A program made the position numbers and the translations under genes. Of a DNA stretch of 64,000 nucleotides, positions 37,307 through 50,256 are shown in pieces. The notes under the pieces are model-generated. The model did no database searches. It saw only the letters and a list, made by a program, of their open reading frames with translations, and was not told the DNA's origin. Origin of the DNA: Felis catus. Taxonomy: Eukaryota. The stretch's first letter is position 1; each line of letters opens with the position of its first letter. The stretch lies in assembly GCF_018350175.1 (NCBI RefSeq), contig NC_058368.1, positions 1,364,001 to 1,428,000 of the forward strand, read 5' to 3'.

Positions 37307-37545
37307 TGGGGCGCCTGGGTGGCGCAGTCAGTTAAGCGTCCGACTTCAGCCAGGTCACGATCTCGCGGTCCGTGAGTTCGAGCCCCGCGTTGGGCTCTGG
37401 GCTGATGGCTCAGAGCCTGGAGCCTGTTTCTGATTCTGTGTCTCCCTCTCTCTCTGCCCCTCCCCCGTTCATGCTCTGTCTCTCTCTGTCCCAAAAATAA
37501 ATAAACATTGAAAAAAAAATTTTTTTTAATTAAAAAAAAATAAAA
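37307..37545 (+). mobile_element. Young CanSINE
   Basis: TSD taaaatttcaggtg. Confidence 0.97.
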
Positions 37546-38044
37546 TAAAATTTCAGGTGCACTTTTTATTACACTTACTCTGTGTATTTATATGTATTTC
37601 CCCGCATCCTTGAGTATCAATTCTAATGATCCTATTTTTTATTTGATCTATGTGACTTATGGGTACTCTGACTCTTTAGGTTTTTGTTGTTTTTTTTTTC
37701 AGTATCATTGCTGATCTTTGATCCATTTGTAGGTTGATATTTCTGATTTATTTTTTTCTCTTTTGCAATTGGTCTCCATATCTTCTAACACTTTATTAGT
37801 CTGATTTCTAATTATTTTTTCTCTTCCTTACATTATTTTTATTCTGCATGTGACTGTTTATCTGCCTCCATCAATCATACATATTAATGAATTTTTCTCT
37901 CAGGATCAAATATTGATCCAAAGAAGAGAAATGATTTGACATAGAGTTTAAATTGTCAGGAAAAAGCAGATAATTTAAAGAAAAGGAACTACAAACAGCT
38001 AATACAAAATACAAAGCGATTGAAATTGTTTTGACATATCTTCG

Positions 38045-39270
38045 GACTCACTGATTCCTTGGTCATGTCTAGTCCACTGATAATCCCATCAGAGGCATTT
38101 TTCATTTCTGTTACAATGTGGGTTTTTTTCTAGAATTTTCTTTTGATACTTTCTTAGAGTTTCCAGCTCTCTGTTTATGTTATCCATCTGTTTTTGCATA
38201 TTGTCCACTTTCCCATTGGAGCCCATACCGTATCAGTCATAGTTCTATTAAATTCCCAGTCTGATAATTCCAACATCTCTGTCATATGTGAGTCTGGTTC
38301 TGATGCTTGTTCTGTCTTTTTAAACTATGTTTTTGGCATTGAGTATGCTTTGTAATTTTTTGTTGAAAGTGGAAATAATGCTCCAGGTAATAGGAATTGC
38401 AGTAAATAGATCTTTTGTGTGAGATTTTATGGTTATCTGGCTAGGAGTTAAGCTATGTTGACTGCTGAAGCTGTAGGTATTGGAGGCTTAAAGTTCCTCT
38501 AGCATTCTTTTTTTCATCTTCCCTGTTGTCTTTGGATTTCCATAGAGACTCCTTAAATAGGGTCTGAACTTTGCTGGTTTTTTTTTTTTTTTCTTAGCTA
38601 TGATCCCGTTATTTATTATACAGAACCCCTATCGATGGGTGTGGTGAGGTGTGGGGGAAGGTACGTGCTCCCTAGTCTTTTGATTAGGGCTCAGTCTGTT
38701 GGTGAGCCCTGGGCTGGGACCTTCACAGATGCTTCTCAACTTTACTCCTCCTCCCATAGGTGAGACAGGAAGGCTGGTGGGGGCTGGAGTTGGGCATTTC
38801 CCTTCACCCACCTTGGCTGGGCTGTACCACAACCTAAGCTGGTTAGCCTCTGGTGAAAGTTTCCCTTGAAGGCAGATGCATTTCAAAATGGTTACTTTTA
38901 TCCTCCCCCTGCTGGAAGTTTGAGGGGATTTTTCTTCAGTCTACACCCTGAGAACCTGGCAGAACTCCTGGAGGTAAAACTCATGAAAGTGTGGAAGGTC
39001 CACTAAGATTGGACCCAGAATCAACTCTCAAGTGCATCCACACTGAACCTTCAGAATTCATCAGTTTTAGTTGTGTTCCTACCAATTACTGGCTCCAGCT
39101 GTGGACTTCTGCACTTGGTAAGCTGTGGCTCTTTGTGTCTTTCTCTCGCTCGTATTTTCAGAGCAGTGGTTTGCCCTGTGATCTCAGTTCTCCGATGGCA
39201 CCAGGAAGAGTTGTGATTTTCAGTTTGTTCTGCTTGTTTCTTATTGTGACAGAATTGCATTTTCAAATAA
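38045..39270 (-). mobile_element. Old L1 5'UTR/ORF1 fragment
   Basis: Antisense L1M-type 5' sequence (ctgataattccaacatctctgtcatatgtgagtctggttctgatgc). Confidence 0.65.
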
Positions 39271-40129
39271 TTCCCAACAGGCATGGGAAAAGTCTCATGG
39301 CATAATTGGTAGGTAGAAAAAAACAAAACTCAAAGCTGAACGTGATAGGACAATATCAGGAGGCTTTGAAACAAAATTTCTGTCTCACGATTATTCTTTT
39401 GCCCGTCTGGTTTCTACCCATTGGCTCACTGGCATTCAAGGACTGGAGGAAGGGAAGAACATATTGTCCCTCCCCGCAAAATAAGGGCATTTGAAGCACT
39501 GAATGGATGAAACTGGTAATGGGCACAACAGTCTGGAATCAAAGAGCTTTTTATTTTCAAGATTCAGGAGAGAACTGCGGAAAGAAAAAGGGAGAGGTTG
39601 TTTGTTTTAAATAAGCTTAAGGCCTTAAGTTGCCTCCTCTTTGGGGGAAAACAATGGGAGAAAAGGAATGTAAATACCCCAGGAAAAGATTAAGTATCAT
39701 TTGAACAATATTACTTCTCTGAGATGACTCCGCCTTGTGAAAGCCTTTCACTCAACATGGGCTGGTTAGTAAGGTGTATATCTAGATAGAGGGGAGCCTG
39801 AGACAGTGCCCACTAGTCCCTCACACCCTGCACTGTTTTGGGGGAGACAAAGTCTCCCTGTGCTTAGTGGCAAAGGTGTCCTAGGGGTGTGAGAAGTGAG
39901 CACAGAGTAAAGGCTGCAGGATTGAGCCCATGCCGGGGCTGATCTGAATGGCATGTGCCCAAAGGCCAGACCAGGCCAGCCGTCTCAAAATGGCTGAAAC
40001 AGGGACAGAGACCAGCAGGGACAAGTGGATGGAGACATTTCAGCGAGGCCAGAGATGACTGGGGTCAGCTCGTGGTAGGTCTCTTCTCCCAGTCTCTGGG
40101 AGTGCCGGGGACTTGCGCTATTTACTGAA

Positions 40130-40465
40130 AATCATTTGCTCTTCTTCCAGAGAGGACTAGATTTCCCAGGCTTGCTTTCAGTTGGATGTGGCTAGCCGAG
40201 GACTAGAATGTGAGCACCATCGGTGTTTGCGTTTCCAGGTCAAGGCATTTTAGAAGCAGGTGTGCCCTGCCATACACAGGTTCTACCCACACACAGTTGA
40301 ACAGATGATAACAAGTTCCTACAGAAAGGCAGAGCCATCTGCCCTGAATTATCTTGTGGAAAAGATCGCCTGCCAATCAAAAACGCATGTTTAGGGCTTG
40401 ATATGAACAAGAAATAAACTTCAGTCAGTCACACACACACATATAGGGTAAATTCATTACAGCTG
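40130..40465 (+). mobile_element. MaLR (MLT1-like) LTR fragment
   Basis: atttcccag..cagttggatgtggc..gaatgtgagc..gaaataaacttc motifs. Confidence 0.55.
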
Positions 40466-40550
40466 CTTCCTCATCCTAGATCCCCAACCAGATAGCACTC
40501 CAGGCAGAAGTAAGAAAAGGGGAGGGCAAAGTACTTGAGAGAATTTAAGC

Positions 40551-41455
40551 TTTTTTTGGAAGGACAATTTTTATTATTTTTATGTGCAGAAAACTCGACA
40601 ATGTGCATTTAACCCAGTTTGGTGGCAAGTTCTGTTGCCTTTGCCTTTTCCAACTTGGTAATGAGAGCCATAGATTTTGGACCCCTGATGCTGCCTCCCA
40701 GTGATGGTGGGTTTCATCAAACCTGTCATTGAATTTGTCTCCTGATGGCTTTCAGCAGCTTCGCCAGAACCCCTTGGTTTTCCAAATTAACCTTTGTGAA
40801 GGTGAGCTGTGTGGTGCAGCTCTTCTCTGGACCGGATGCCCCACCCTGGCCTTCCCCTTGACAATGCAGTAGAGAAGCTCCATCTTGTGACACAGGACAG
40901 GCAAGAAGGCAACCAGCTTGGTAGGATCCATCACATTTGCAATCACTGCCAGTATGGCCTTCTTGTTCGCCACCAAGGTGGTGGCATATTAACCTCTGCT
41001 CAAAGGACAGTGGACTCTCCGTGAGGACGTTCCCTTTGCTGGGCAGTTTTCTTCTCAGCCCAGGCCAACAATCGCTGCTTCTCTTGCTTTGTCTCTGGTC
41101 TGTACTTTCCGGCCAGCTCAAGAAGCTAGTAGTTCTTTGGTGGCCCGAGACCTGGGTGAACTGCTTAACCACAGGAGACGCCTCCAGCCACTTACAAAAG
41201 ATTACCCTTTGCCACTGCAGTATTTTTTAAAAAAAATTTTTTTTAACGTTTATTTGTTTTTGAGACAGAGAGAGACAGAGCATGAACGGGGGAGGGTCAG
41301 AGAGAGGGAGACACAGAATCGGAAGCAGGCTCCAGGCTCTGAGCCATCAGCCCAGAGCCCGACGCGGGGCTCGAACTCACGGACCGCGAGATCGTGACCT
41401 GAGCCAAAGTCGGACGCTTAACTGAGCCACCCAGGCGCCCTGCCACTGCAGTATT
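40551..41455 (-). pseudogene. RPL7A: Processed pseudogene of 60S ribosomal protein L7a, 5'-truncated and frameshifted
   Basis: Intronless. Peptide [43 protein letters not shown] and C-terminus ..KLEKAKATELATKLG* match RPL7A. 3'UTR follows, then A7 at 40551-40557. Confidence 0.96.
41225..41440 (-). mobile_element. CanSINE inserted in the 5' end of the RPL7A retrocopy
   Basis: 15-bp TSD tgccactgcagtatt (41210-41224 and 41441-41455). Confidence 0.97.
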
Positions 41456-41790
41456 AAAAAGAAAGGAAAATTGTCATATGTACAATATGGGTGAGACTTA
41501 AAGACATTGTGATGAATGAAATAAGCCCGTCATAAAAGGACAAATATTGTATGATTCCTCTTATATTACATTCCTAGGGATATCAACTTAGGCTGAGTCA
41601 TAAGGAGAATGATGGTTGTGAGCAGCTGAGGGGAGGGGGAAAAAGGAGAGTTAATGTGTAATGAGTATGGACTTTGTGTTGGGGAAGAAGAAAGCATTCT
41701 GGGATGGTTGGTGGTGGCAGTGGCACAAGGATGTGAATGTACTTGCTGCCACAGAACTGTACTTACTGTAGACTGTGGAAATGTCAGAGC
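41456..41790 (+). mobile_element. L1 3'UTR fragment
   Basis: gaaataagcc..aaaaggacaaatattgtatgattcc. Confidence 0.8.
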
Positions 41791-43886
41791 CACTGTCTTA
41801 GGGCCACTGTCACCAATGATAAGTTAAACCTGTTACATGAATGTGATATGAACTGCTTAGAAGGAATGATAAACATCCATACGGATTAGAAAACAGAAAC
41901 ACTGTAAAACTGTAGGAGTGGTTGTCCCTGGATTGTGAGTGTATAGATGAATTTTTAAATCTTGTCTTTATTTTCTAAGACATCCATGATGATCATGTCT
42001 CGATTTCATAACAACTTTAAGTAGCAGAAATGGAATTAAGTTGACGAGAGTGCTTCTTCTCATGTATCAATTAGGAAGATCTGTGGGAAGTATTTCTGAA
42101 CCACACCATGCAGGAATGCTGATATGCCCACATGATATGATGGGGGCAGATTGGGTACTGAGGACACAAAGACACACAAGATGTAGTCCCTATTCTCAGA
42201 TGGGCAAACCTGTAGACAGAAAACTTCAGCACAGCCCAGGGAGCACTCAGAGTAGCCAGGCAGTTAGAAGGCCAGAACACTTGCTCTCTTCAGCTCAGGA
42301 AGGCTCCTTCAGGCTACTGCTTCTCCAATCTAGGCTAGGGTACCTGTAACAAATTGCCAGAAGTGCTGGTCTGCGGGCCACGCTTTGAGTAGCCAGGACA
42401 TGCGCTGGACTGCTCAGCTTCTATGTTCAGTCATTTTTGGTCATAGGGGTTCCTTGGGGAATCTTATTGCCCTGTACCTGGACTCTGCTCTCAGCCAGAC
42501 CTATTATATTGATGACTCAGTTTGGTCAGGCTCTGGCTTTGATTTCATTTTCTCCCCCAACATGCCGCTTGTTAAGTCACTTCCCTCATCTCTACGCTAC
42601 AGTACAGGAGCAAGCAACAGCCTCTTTCATCCTGCCCAGGGTCCCACCCCTCCTGCCACCTACACACTTGTTCAGCGGGGGACAATACCAGAGCAGGTGC
42701 TCAAAAAGGGTGTGTCGAGAGGACCACGGATCATGCAAAATAGGTGCCTGAGCACATAGATGGGTCAGAGTCTACTTCCTGGAGGAGGTGCTATTTTATC
42801 CACAGCAGGTCTGGGGGAGAAGAGGCATGGAGACACAAGATGGCATGTGCTGTGGGGCAGGTACAACCACTATGGTGGGAATACAAGGGGAGAGGGAAGG
42901 AGTGTAGAGGTTGAGACTGGGGAGGTAGGGCTGGGGACATGGGGGGCTCATCAACCATCTGAGGAGTTTAAAGCTCCTCCTTTAGATGATGGGGCTGGGG
43001 GAGGTCATGTTTTCAGAAGGCTGTGAAAGGGCCAGATGTCTATTTCAGAAAATCATTCTGGCTGTGGTGGAGGGTGAGATGTAGAGGGACCCATCTGGAG
43101 GCAGGGAGTCTTGTTAGGAGGCTGGACTTGACGGAAGCACGTGAGTAGAAGAGTCTGGAAGGACACGGAAGGTGCGAGTGGCCTCAGGACACAGTGTTTG
43201 GGCCAATCATTTCACTGCTCTGAGCATGGTCTTACTCCTGTGCAATGGGAGTCTGCCCTCTGGTATGCAGGAGGCTATGAGATAACCCTCTGAAAGATGC
43301 TACTTCGTGTAGTGGGTCACAACCTATTGGTAGGTCATAAAATCAACACATTAGGTTGCAACCAGCATTTCATTTATATAAACAGAATAATCTAGGAAAT
43401 CTGAAAGTAGCTGACACGTGGGGTATTGGTTTTTGTTGCACACACACACACTGGCATTTTTAAAGCTGGCAAGTGTCTTCTCTAGAGCTACCGATAAAGT
43501 CGAGGGCGAGGAGAGTCACCATGTGTTGGGTCTGTTGAAAGCCCTCCCCTTGGCCCAGTGCAGGAGGTGGTCAGTGCACAGTGACTTCTGTAATAAGCAC
43601 AAGGGAAAGGGCATCTGCACTGGGGAAAGGTACACAGGGTAGAGACTCCCAAAGGGTCAAGGAGATGGCTGTGATGGTCCCTGCTGCTGCCCTGTCATAT
43701 CCACCATGCCTCCCAGCACCAGAGAGCCAGTCAGGCACAGAAAGAGTGCCAGTCAACTTGGTGCGTGTTTTCCTGGGCTCTGGGCTGCAAGCATCCATGT
43801 TTAAGACCCATATTTAAGGCTGTTGTTTACAATGCTAAGAATTTTGATATAGGGCGATTCCACTGAAATTTGTGTGTAATTAAGTG

Positions 43887-43891
<5 letters not shown>

Positions 43892-43924
<33 letters not shown>
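43892..43924. repeat. (GT)n microsatellite
   Basis: Direct observation. Confidence 0.95.
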
Positions 43925-43925
<1 letters not shown>

Positions 43926-45016
43926 TGCCTTTCAGAGGACACAACTGAGGACACACACGGAGACAGCTACTAATATGGTAGAGAAATGGAGCAGGCTGGA
44001 ACAAACAGATAAGGAGTCTGTGAGCACAGCAGAGAAACTTCTCACTGAAAACATCCTGTCCTAGTTTCCACAAGTAGAAGACCTGCCAAGAGCCACTTAG
44101 ATATTTCCGAGCTCCTGAGAGCTGCCTAGAGAGCTGGCTCCCCCCATGCACCCACAACACCACGGTGTAGGGAAAGGCTTCTGGGCACCCTGCCTCCCTC
44201 GGAGAAGCAGCACGGAGGTGGTGGGGGAGACGGCCCACACAAGAAAACGGAAGGCTCACTCCGATCACCACCACTTTCTAGCTGGGTGACCCCGAGAAAG
44301 TTACTTCACTTCTCTGAGCTGTGGGTTTCTCATCTTTAATTGTGGGTAATTATGACTGCCCTACCCACCTCTCAGGGTTGTTATGAAAGAGTATTGCAAA
44401 TGGCAAATCACAATAGCAGTGGGAGCTTTTATTATTATTATTAATGTTAATAACAGCCTTCGGAGGCAGGCAGGGCACAAAGTCATTTTATAAGCGGAGA
44501 GTTTCAGCGATATTGAAGTGATTCATTTGGCGTCACAAATGCCTGCGGAGGAACAAAACTAGAACTTAGGTCTTCTGCTACTTGGTTCAGTGGTATTATC
44601 TCTATAATATAACCAAAGGAAATAGCATATTTCCTTCAAGTGACATTTTATTCACGGTTGCTAATGTAAATGTGACCTAGACCTATGATGATTACACATT
44701 TTTTCTCTTCTCAACCTTGATATAAGACGTGAAGGAAGTCTTCTATTTATTTTTTCTTCTATAATAATTTTTCCATCAAAACTAAATATGGTCATGTTCT
44801 TTATATATATTCTTATAGCACAATGCTCGGGAAAAGATGACCAGGAGAAGACATAGAAAATACACAAACAAGAAGATGTAGCCAGTAATTATTGTATTAT
44901 AATTATTGTATTGTATTGTATCACTAATTATTGTATTATAATTAATTTTGTAAACTTCTTTTTGAGAGGTATTTCTAAAGTCCATGAAAAATGTGATATC
45001 GTAATTATCTATTTAT

Positions 45017-45045
45017 CCATCCATCCATCCATCCATCCATCCATC
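45017..45045. repeat. (TCCA)n microsatellite
   Basis: Direct observation. Confidence 0.95.
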
Positions 45046-46688
45046 TAGTTGAATTGTGATCCAACTTATGCTGAGTGAAAAAAGACCTATGGTTTCTGCA
45101 TTTCCTCACCAGCTGGACAAAGGGGGATTAGTCATTTATCCGGGCGTAATGTTTGGTATGTAGTAGGTTCTCAGTAACTATTGAATTATGTGCTAGAGCT
45201 GGGTCTCATTGGCCTCAAAGATATTTAAAAAATATGGGTGTGGAGCTAGAAACCAGAGGCCTTGATTTCACGCCTGACTCCTGGCTCTGCCGCTTACTAG
45301 CTGTAAGATCGTAGTTTCTTTCTGTTTCATCATTCAATCGCGCTAAGCTTCCGGTTCTTCTTCTAGAAAAGGAAAGGGTTGCACTAGCTCAGAGGTGGCA
45401 GGTAGGTTTCCCTTCAAATGCCAGTTGCAGTCAGCCGGTGGTGGCTGCTGGGGGTGCTGGGCGAGAAGGGTTCTGAGGCTGTGGTCAGGCTCCAGGGACG
45501 GTACCAGGATGGAACGTAGTGTCTCCCTGGGGCTGCGCTCAGAGGGTGCAGGTGAGCACCTGCATGTGCCCTCACTGCACTGTCATCTCTAAGACCTTTT
45601 AGTTTTATGAATCCATAAAACGAGCTGGGTTAGTTTTTATGAATCTATAAACCCTAACTGGGTTTGGTAGAAACAGAATTTTAGAATTAACTCAGGCGCC
45701 TCTGTGTAATTTCTGTTTTATGCCAGAAAGCCTCTTTTCCTGGGGTTCTGTGATGTCAGAATAAAGACTCAGAGAGCTGTACATTGGCGCATAACCAGAG
45801 TGGATGGGTGAAGAAAGCTCTCTAGAAGTCCCTCCAACATCTCTGGGAAGTAAAGGGAGTGCGTTGCTTAGCACGGTTTTATTTCTTCCATTTTACAAAG
45901 ACAGAATCTGAGTCACAAAAGGTAGAATTATCTGCCTTAGGTCATTTGTAGGTCTAGGCATATATGTAGGTCACGTAACTCACTCAGGCTTTCTTTCCTG
46001 GTAAAACGAGTCCTAGCTAAGTCAGTGCACTTACAAGGCCCGCCTCAGTACCTCATCTGCTTATTCTCCTCCATCCCTTGTGAACCCCCCATCCTGGCCA
46101 AAGTGATGGGCCTGCTGCCGCTCCCGTGGAAGGCACCACCATGCCTCTCATCCCGGGGAAACCCGTTTCCGTAGGAGCCCTAGCGGAACAAACCTGACAA
46201 CTTCCGTATTCTTTCCACTCCGTGTTCCTTTATGCTTAAGAGATGTTATGAGGAAACATCTATTAAGTATGCTAATAAGTAATTATTAGCCACTTTGAAG
46301 GTCAAACCATCGCTATGGTCCCCGGGGAGTGATTTGTCACCTGGAACAGAACCACACTTTAGAACGTGCAAATGCTTTAAGATAGCATTCTTGGAAGCAG
46401 CAACTTTCCACAGCAGAAAACATACTAGGCTTAGATCTGACTTTTCAGTCTCGGTTTTTCCATTTGTTAGCCATGTGGCTTAGTTCCCTCATGAGTAAAA
46501 TGGGGGGTAATAAGGACGGTTATGAGAAAGAAAGAACCTGTACGGTACCTGTTACAGCTCCTGTGCATCACAGGGACCCAGAAAGGGCTAGTTTCCTCCT
46601 CTCTACAAAAAGGAAATCATGTCACAAAACATTACTTCAAAATGTTACACACCAGAAAACACTGGAGTTAAAACTACTTGGAGCACTC

Positions 46689-46690
46689 GT

Positions 46691-46741
<51 letters not shown>

Positions 46742-46744
46742 TGT
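46689..46744. repeat. (GT)n microsatellite
   Basis: Direct observation. Confidence 0.95.
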
Positions 46745-48949
46745 TAGTGGTGGAGGTGGTTAGCACTTGGATTTGTAGTGATAAACAGGTCTCCGGAGCC
46801 CTTTGGATCTGGCCAGGACACCAGGAAAAAGGGCAAAAGGGGAACTGCTACACAGGAAAACCAATTTTCAATAAACCACCACAAATCATATGGTAAGCAG
46901 TGCAGGCCACAGTGGTGCTACAAGGTCTTTTCACTGCTTACGTGCTGCACTGAGGTGTAATCAAGGGAAAGCAGGCAATGTTATTGAAAACAGGAGGACA
47001 GGATGGAGCCTTTGGGTTGGGGTGGCCACCTGAGTCCAGCAAAGGGACAGCTCTGAAGAGTCAGGCTGCCTTTCTGGTGTAGGACCGTCTGTCCTGGTTT
47101 GGGGACGGGGCCGGCCGTCCTACGAGTAGGTTTGATTCTCTGAGGTGTTCCCTGAGTCGGCGTCCCCGCTACCTGCCTCTGCTCTCATTCCTGCAGGGCA
47201 CTTCTAGTCCCTTAGCCCTCTTTTGGAGATGAGGAAGCTAGGCTCCAGATCCTCCCGTCCTGGTTGTACATGCTTTGTTCTCAAAGCCAGTCATCTAACC
47301 GAAAGAGATGAAGATCATAGGCAGCGGATAAAATCATCTCTCTGTTTGAGAAAGAATGTAACGAGTGATCTCGCCTACCAGGGCGCTGTGGGCAGGTGCT
47401 TCCACAGCTCGGGGGTGGGAATTAGGTTGGTGTTCTCTGCGGAGCAGTTTGGTACATGCATGCCTTCACCCTTTTGCTCAGCGAGTCCATATTCTGGAGC
47501 TGTCGTAGGAGAGAACAGAACTTTTGCAAGGATTTGACACAAAGAACTCATTGTGGTAGCGTTCTTTCCTAGTGTACATCCGTGGGTCTCACTGGAGGGG
47601 CCATGTGCCCCAAACCCCTAAAAGGGCGAGAGAGCAAAGTGCCTCCGTGCCCTGGTCTTTACATAGGACTCCAGGGAGAGATGACCCACAGTGAACCTGG
47701 ACAGATTCCTGGGACCCCTCCAAGGGGACTTGGAGGACTTACAGGGTGGGTGAAAGTGATTCATGTGTGTAGACCTCATAAATGGTCAATCGGGCCCTTT
47801 GGAAAGGCTAACTAGCATTCCATCACAGGGCTGAGCCGTGGATGACTGTAGAAATGCTAAGGAGAACTAGATCCTCAACCTTTCCTGCTCAGAAGTGCCT
47901 TCCCAAACAAGTCTGCCCAGCTGTGCGCAGCTTTCGCCCTCACCTTCAGCCTGCAGGTTACCTGGACTCCTGGGAGCAGTTGTGTCATCACTGGGCATTG
48001 AGGGCAAGAAGCCTGGGCCCCAGGTCAGCAGGTGTGCCTCTGGCCCTATTCCGTCACTCCTTACCTGAGATACTTAAGGGCTCTGAGCCTCAGCGATAAC
48101 AGTACAATGAAGAGGTTCAGATTTCACTGATTCTTTCGGCAAGAATTTGGGTGCATTCTCTGTGTGAGGCATCTGTGGGGATGAGGGTATAGTCAAATAA
48201 TTTGGTCTCTGCTCTCAAGGAGGTTCAAGTTGAATGGAACAAAGTCACGACTCAGGCACTTTCGTACATGATACACATTCTCACGGGTGGAGACAACAGG
48301 AGTGCAGAACAGAGGTGTCTGGCCCAGGGCAGAGGGAGGAGGAATGGGGGTGAGGAAATAGTAGTGGTTGGGGTGGGGGGATGAGATGACAATGGCAACA
48401 AGTCAGAAGCAGCCAAAGGAGAGGGTCCGAGAGAGGCAACAGCCTGTGCTCTAAGAAGGCAATGGTGAGCACCGGGGAGAGAGGGCATCAGGTGTGCCAA
48501 AGGGCATCAGGTGTGCCACCTGGGAGGATGGTCCCAGGTCTCTCAAGTCCCCACTTCCACTAGGATTCCTCCCCGCACTCCCTACACTCTCAACAGCACT
48601 TATAGGGGTAGATATGACAATCGATCCCGTTGTACAAACATCTGAAGTCCCCATTGTCAGGTCATGTCCCATGTCTAAGAAGGATTTTCCAGAGACCGAA
48701 ACAAGTTACTCAGGGTAGCAACCTGAGTTTCTGAGTTGACAGAGAAAGAGAAAATAATGTTTCTTAAGCTGAGTTCCTGGCACACGAACAAATGTAAACC
48801 TGCCATGTCCTGGCATAGCCCAGGAGCAGGAAAAGTCTTGAATGGAGATCATCAGCCCTGGGCAGCCCACCAAAATTCCAGAGGGGGAGTGCATCCTGGG
48901 AGAGAGGATCGTAGGCCTCTCCCCACCATCCCTGCTTGCCTTGGAGCTT

Positions 48950-48952
<3 letters not shown>

Positions 48953-48985
<33 letters not shown>
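48953..48985. repeat. (CT)n microsatellite at the tail of an antisense L1 3' end
   Basis: Direct observation. Confidence 0.9.
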
Positions 48986-48988
<3 letters not shown>

Positions 48989-50029
48989 AATGTGCTAAAA
49001 TATACACAACATAAAACTTACCATTCTACCCATATTAAGTATACAGTTTAGTGACATTAAGTACATTCACATTGTTGAACAACCATCACCTCCATCCATC
49101 TCCAAAGCTTTTTCATCATCTTCTTTTAAAAGGCCCTTCCTGTCTTTTTCTTCCTCCTTTCTAGGCACTCAACTAACCATAATGGAAGGTATTTATCATT
49201 GGATTGTTGAATGCACAATCCTTCATTTTGAAACCTTTCAAACAAGCCCAGCAGTGAATTCATTGTAAGTTGCTCTTCACTTGCATCGGGCCATTGGTTG
49301 ATTTCTTTTCTCTCATGGAAGAAGGACCAGGTATCCCCACTATAAATTCAGCTGTTGGAGGGCAGACATTTTTCCTCCTTACCCCATGTACTCCAAAACA
49401 TCTCTCGAGTAACATAACTGGCATGCAGATGACACAAGATGTCCTCAATAGGACACAAGATTCTTGCATGAAATGGTCAGATGGGCAGAACAATACTCAG
49501 AAGACACACTCTACTCCCTCTTGTGCACTGATGTCCCCTGGCTGTGAGAGATCACTGTGCTTGTGAACAAACTCACAGATGGATTTGCCACTTGGGCCAA
49601 GCCTTGAGTTTGACTTGAACACTTGACAAGCCATTGGGTGAATTGTTTTCCAAATGACAAGTCAGTTATTCCAATACGTTTGCTGTATAATAACTGAATT
49701 ACCAGATATACCTGATTTTCCCCCTAAATTTCTGACTCTGGTGTGTTGATCTAGCTTATTTTCACATGAGCATTATCCGCTTTATTATCACAGTTTTAAG
49801 ATATGATTGAAATGTGATTCTTCATTTAAAACTTTAGCTTAGATATTCTTGTATTTACTCACGAAGATGGAATTTAAATCTAGAATAGCATTAGAAAAGC
49901 ATCCCATTGGGATTTTGATCAGGATCACATTAAAAATTTTATAGTTTACTTTGGAATGTTTCTATTTTCGCAAAATTAGGTTTTTTCAATTAGGAACATG
50001 AAATATGCCTCTCCATTTATTCAGGTCTT

Positions 50030-50256
50030 CTTTTTTTTAATTAATTTTTTTTTCAACGTTTATTTATTTTTGGGACAGAGAGAGACAGAGCATGAATGGG
50101 GGAGGGGCAGAGAGAGAGGGAGACACAGAATCGGAAACAGGCTCCAGGCTCTGAGCCATCAGCCCAGAGCCCGACGCGGGGCTCGAACTCACGGACCGCG
50201 AGATCGTGACCTGGCTGAAGTCGGACGCTTAACCGACTGCACCACCCAGGCGCCCC
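50030..50256 (-). mobile_element. Young CanSINE
   Basis: TSD tattcaggtcttctt. Confidence 0.97.
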
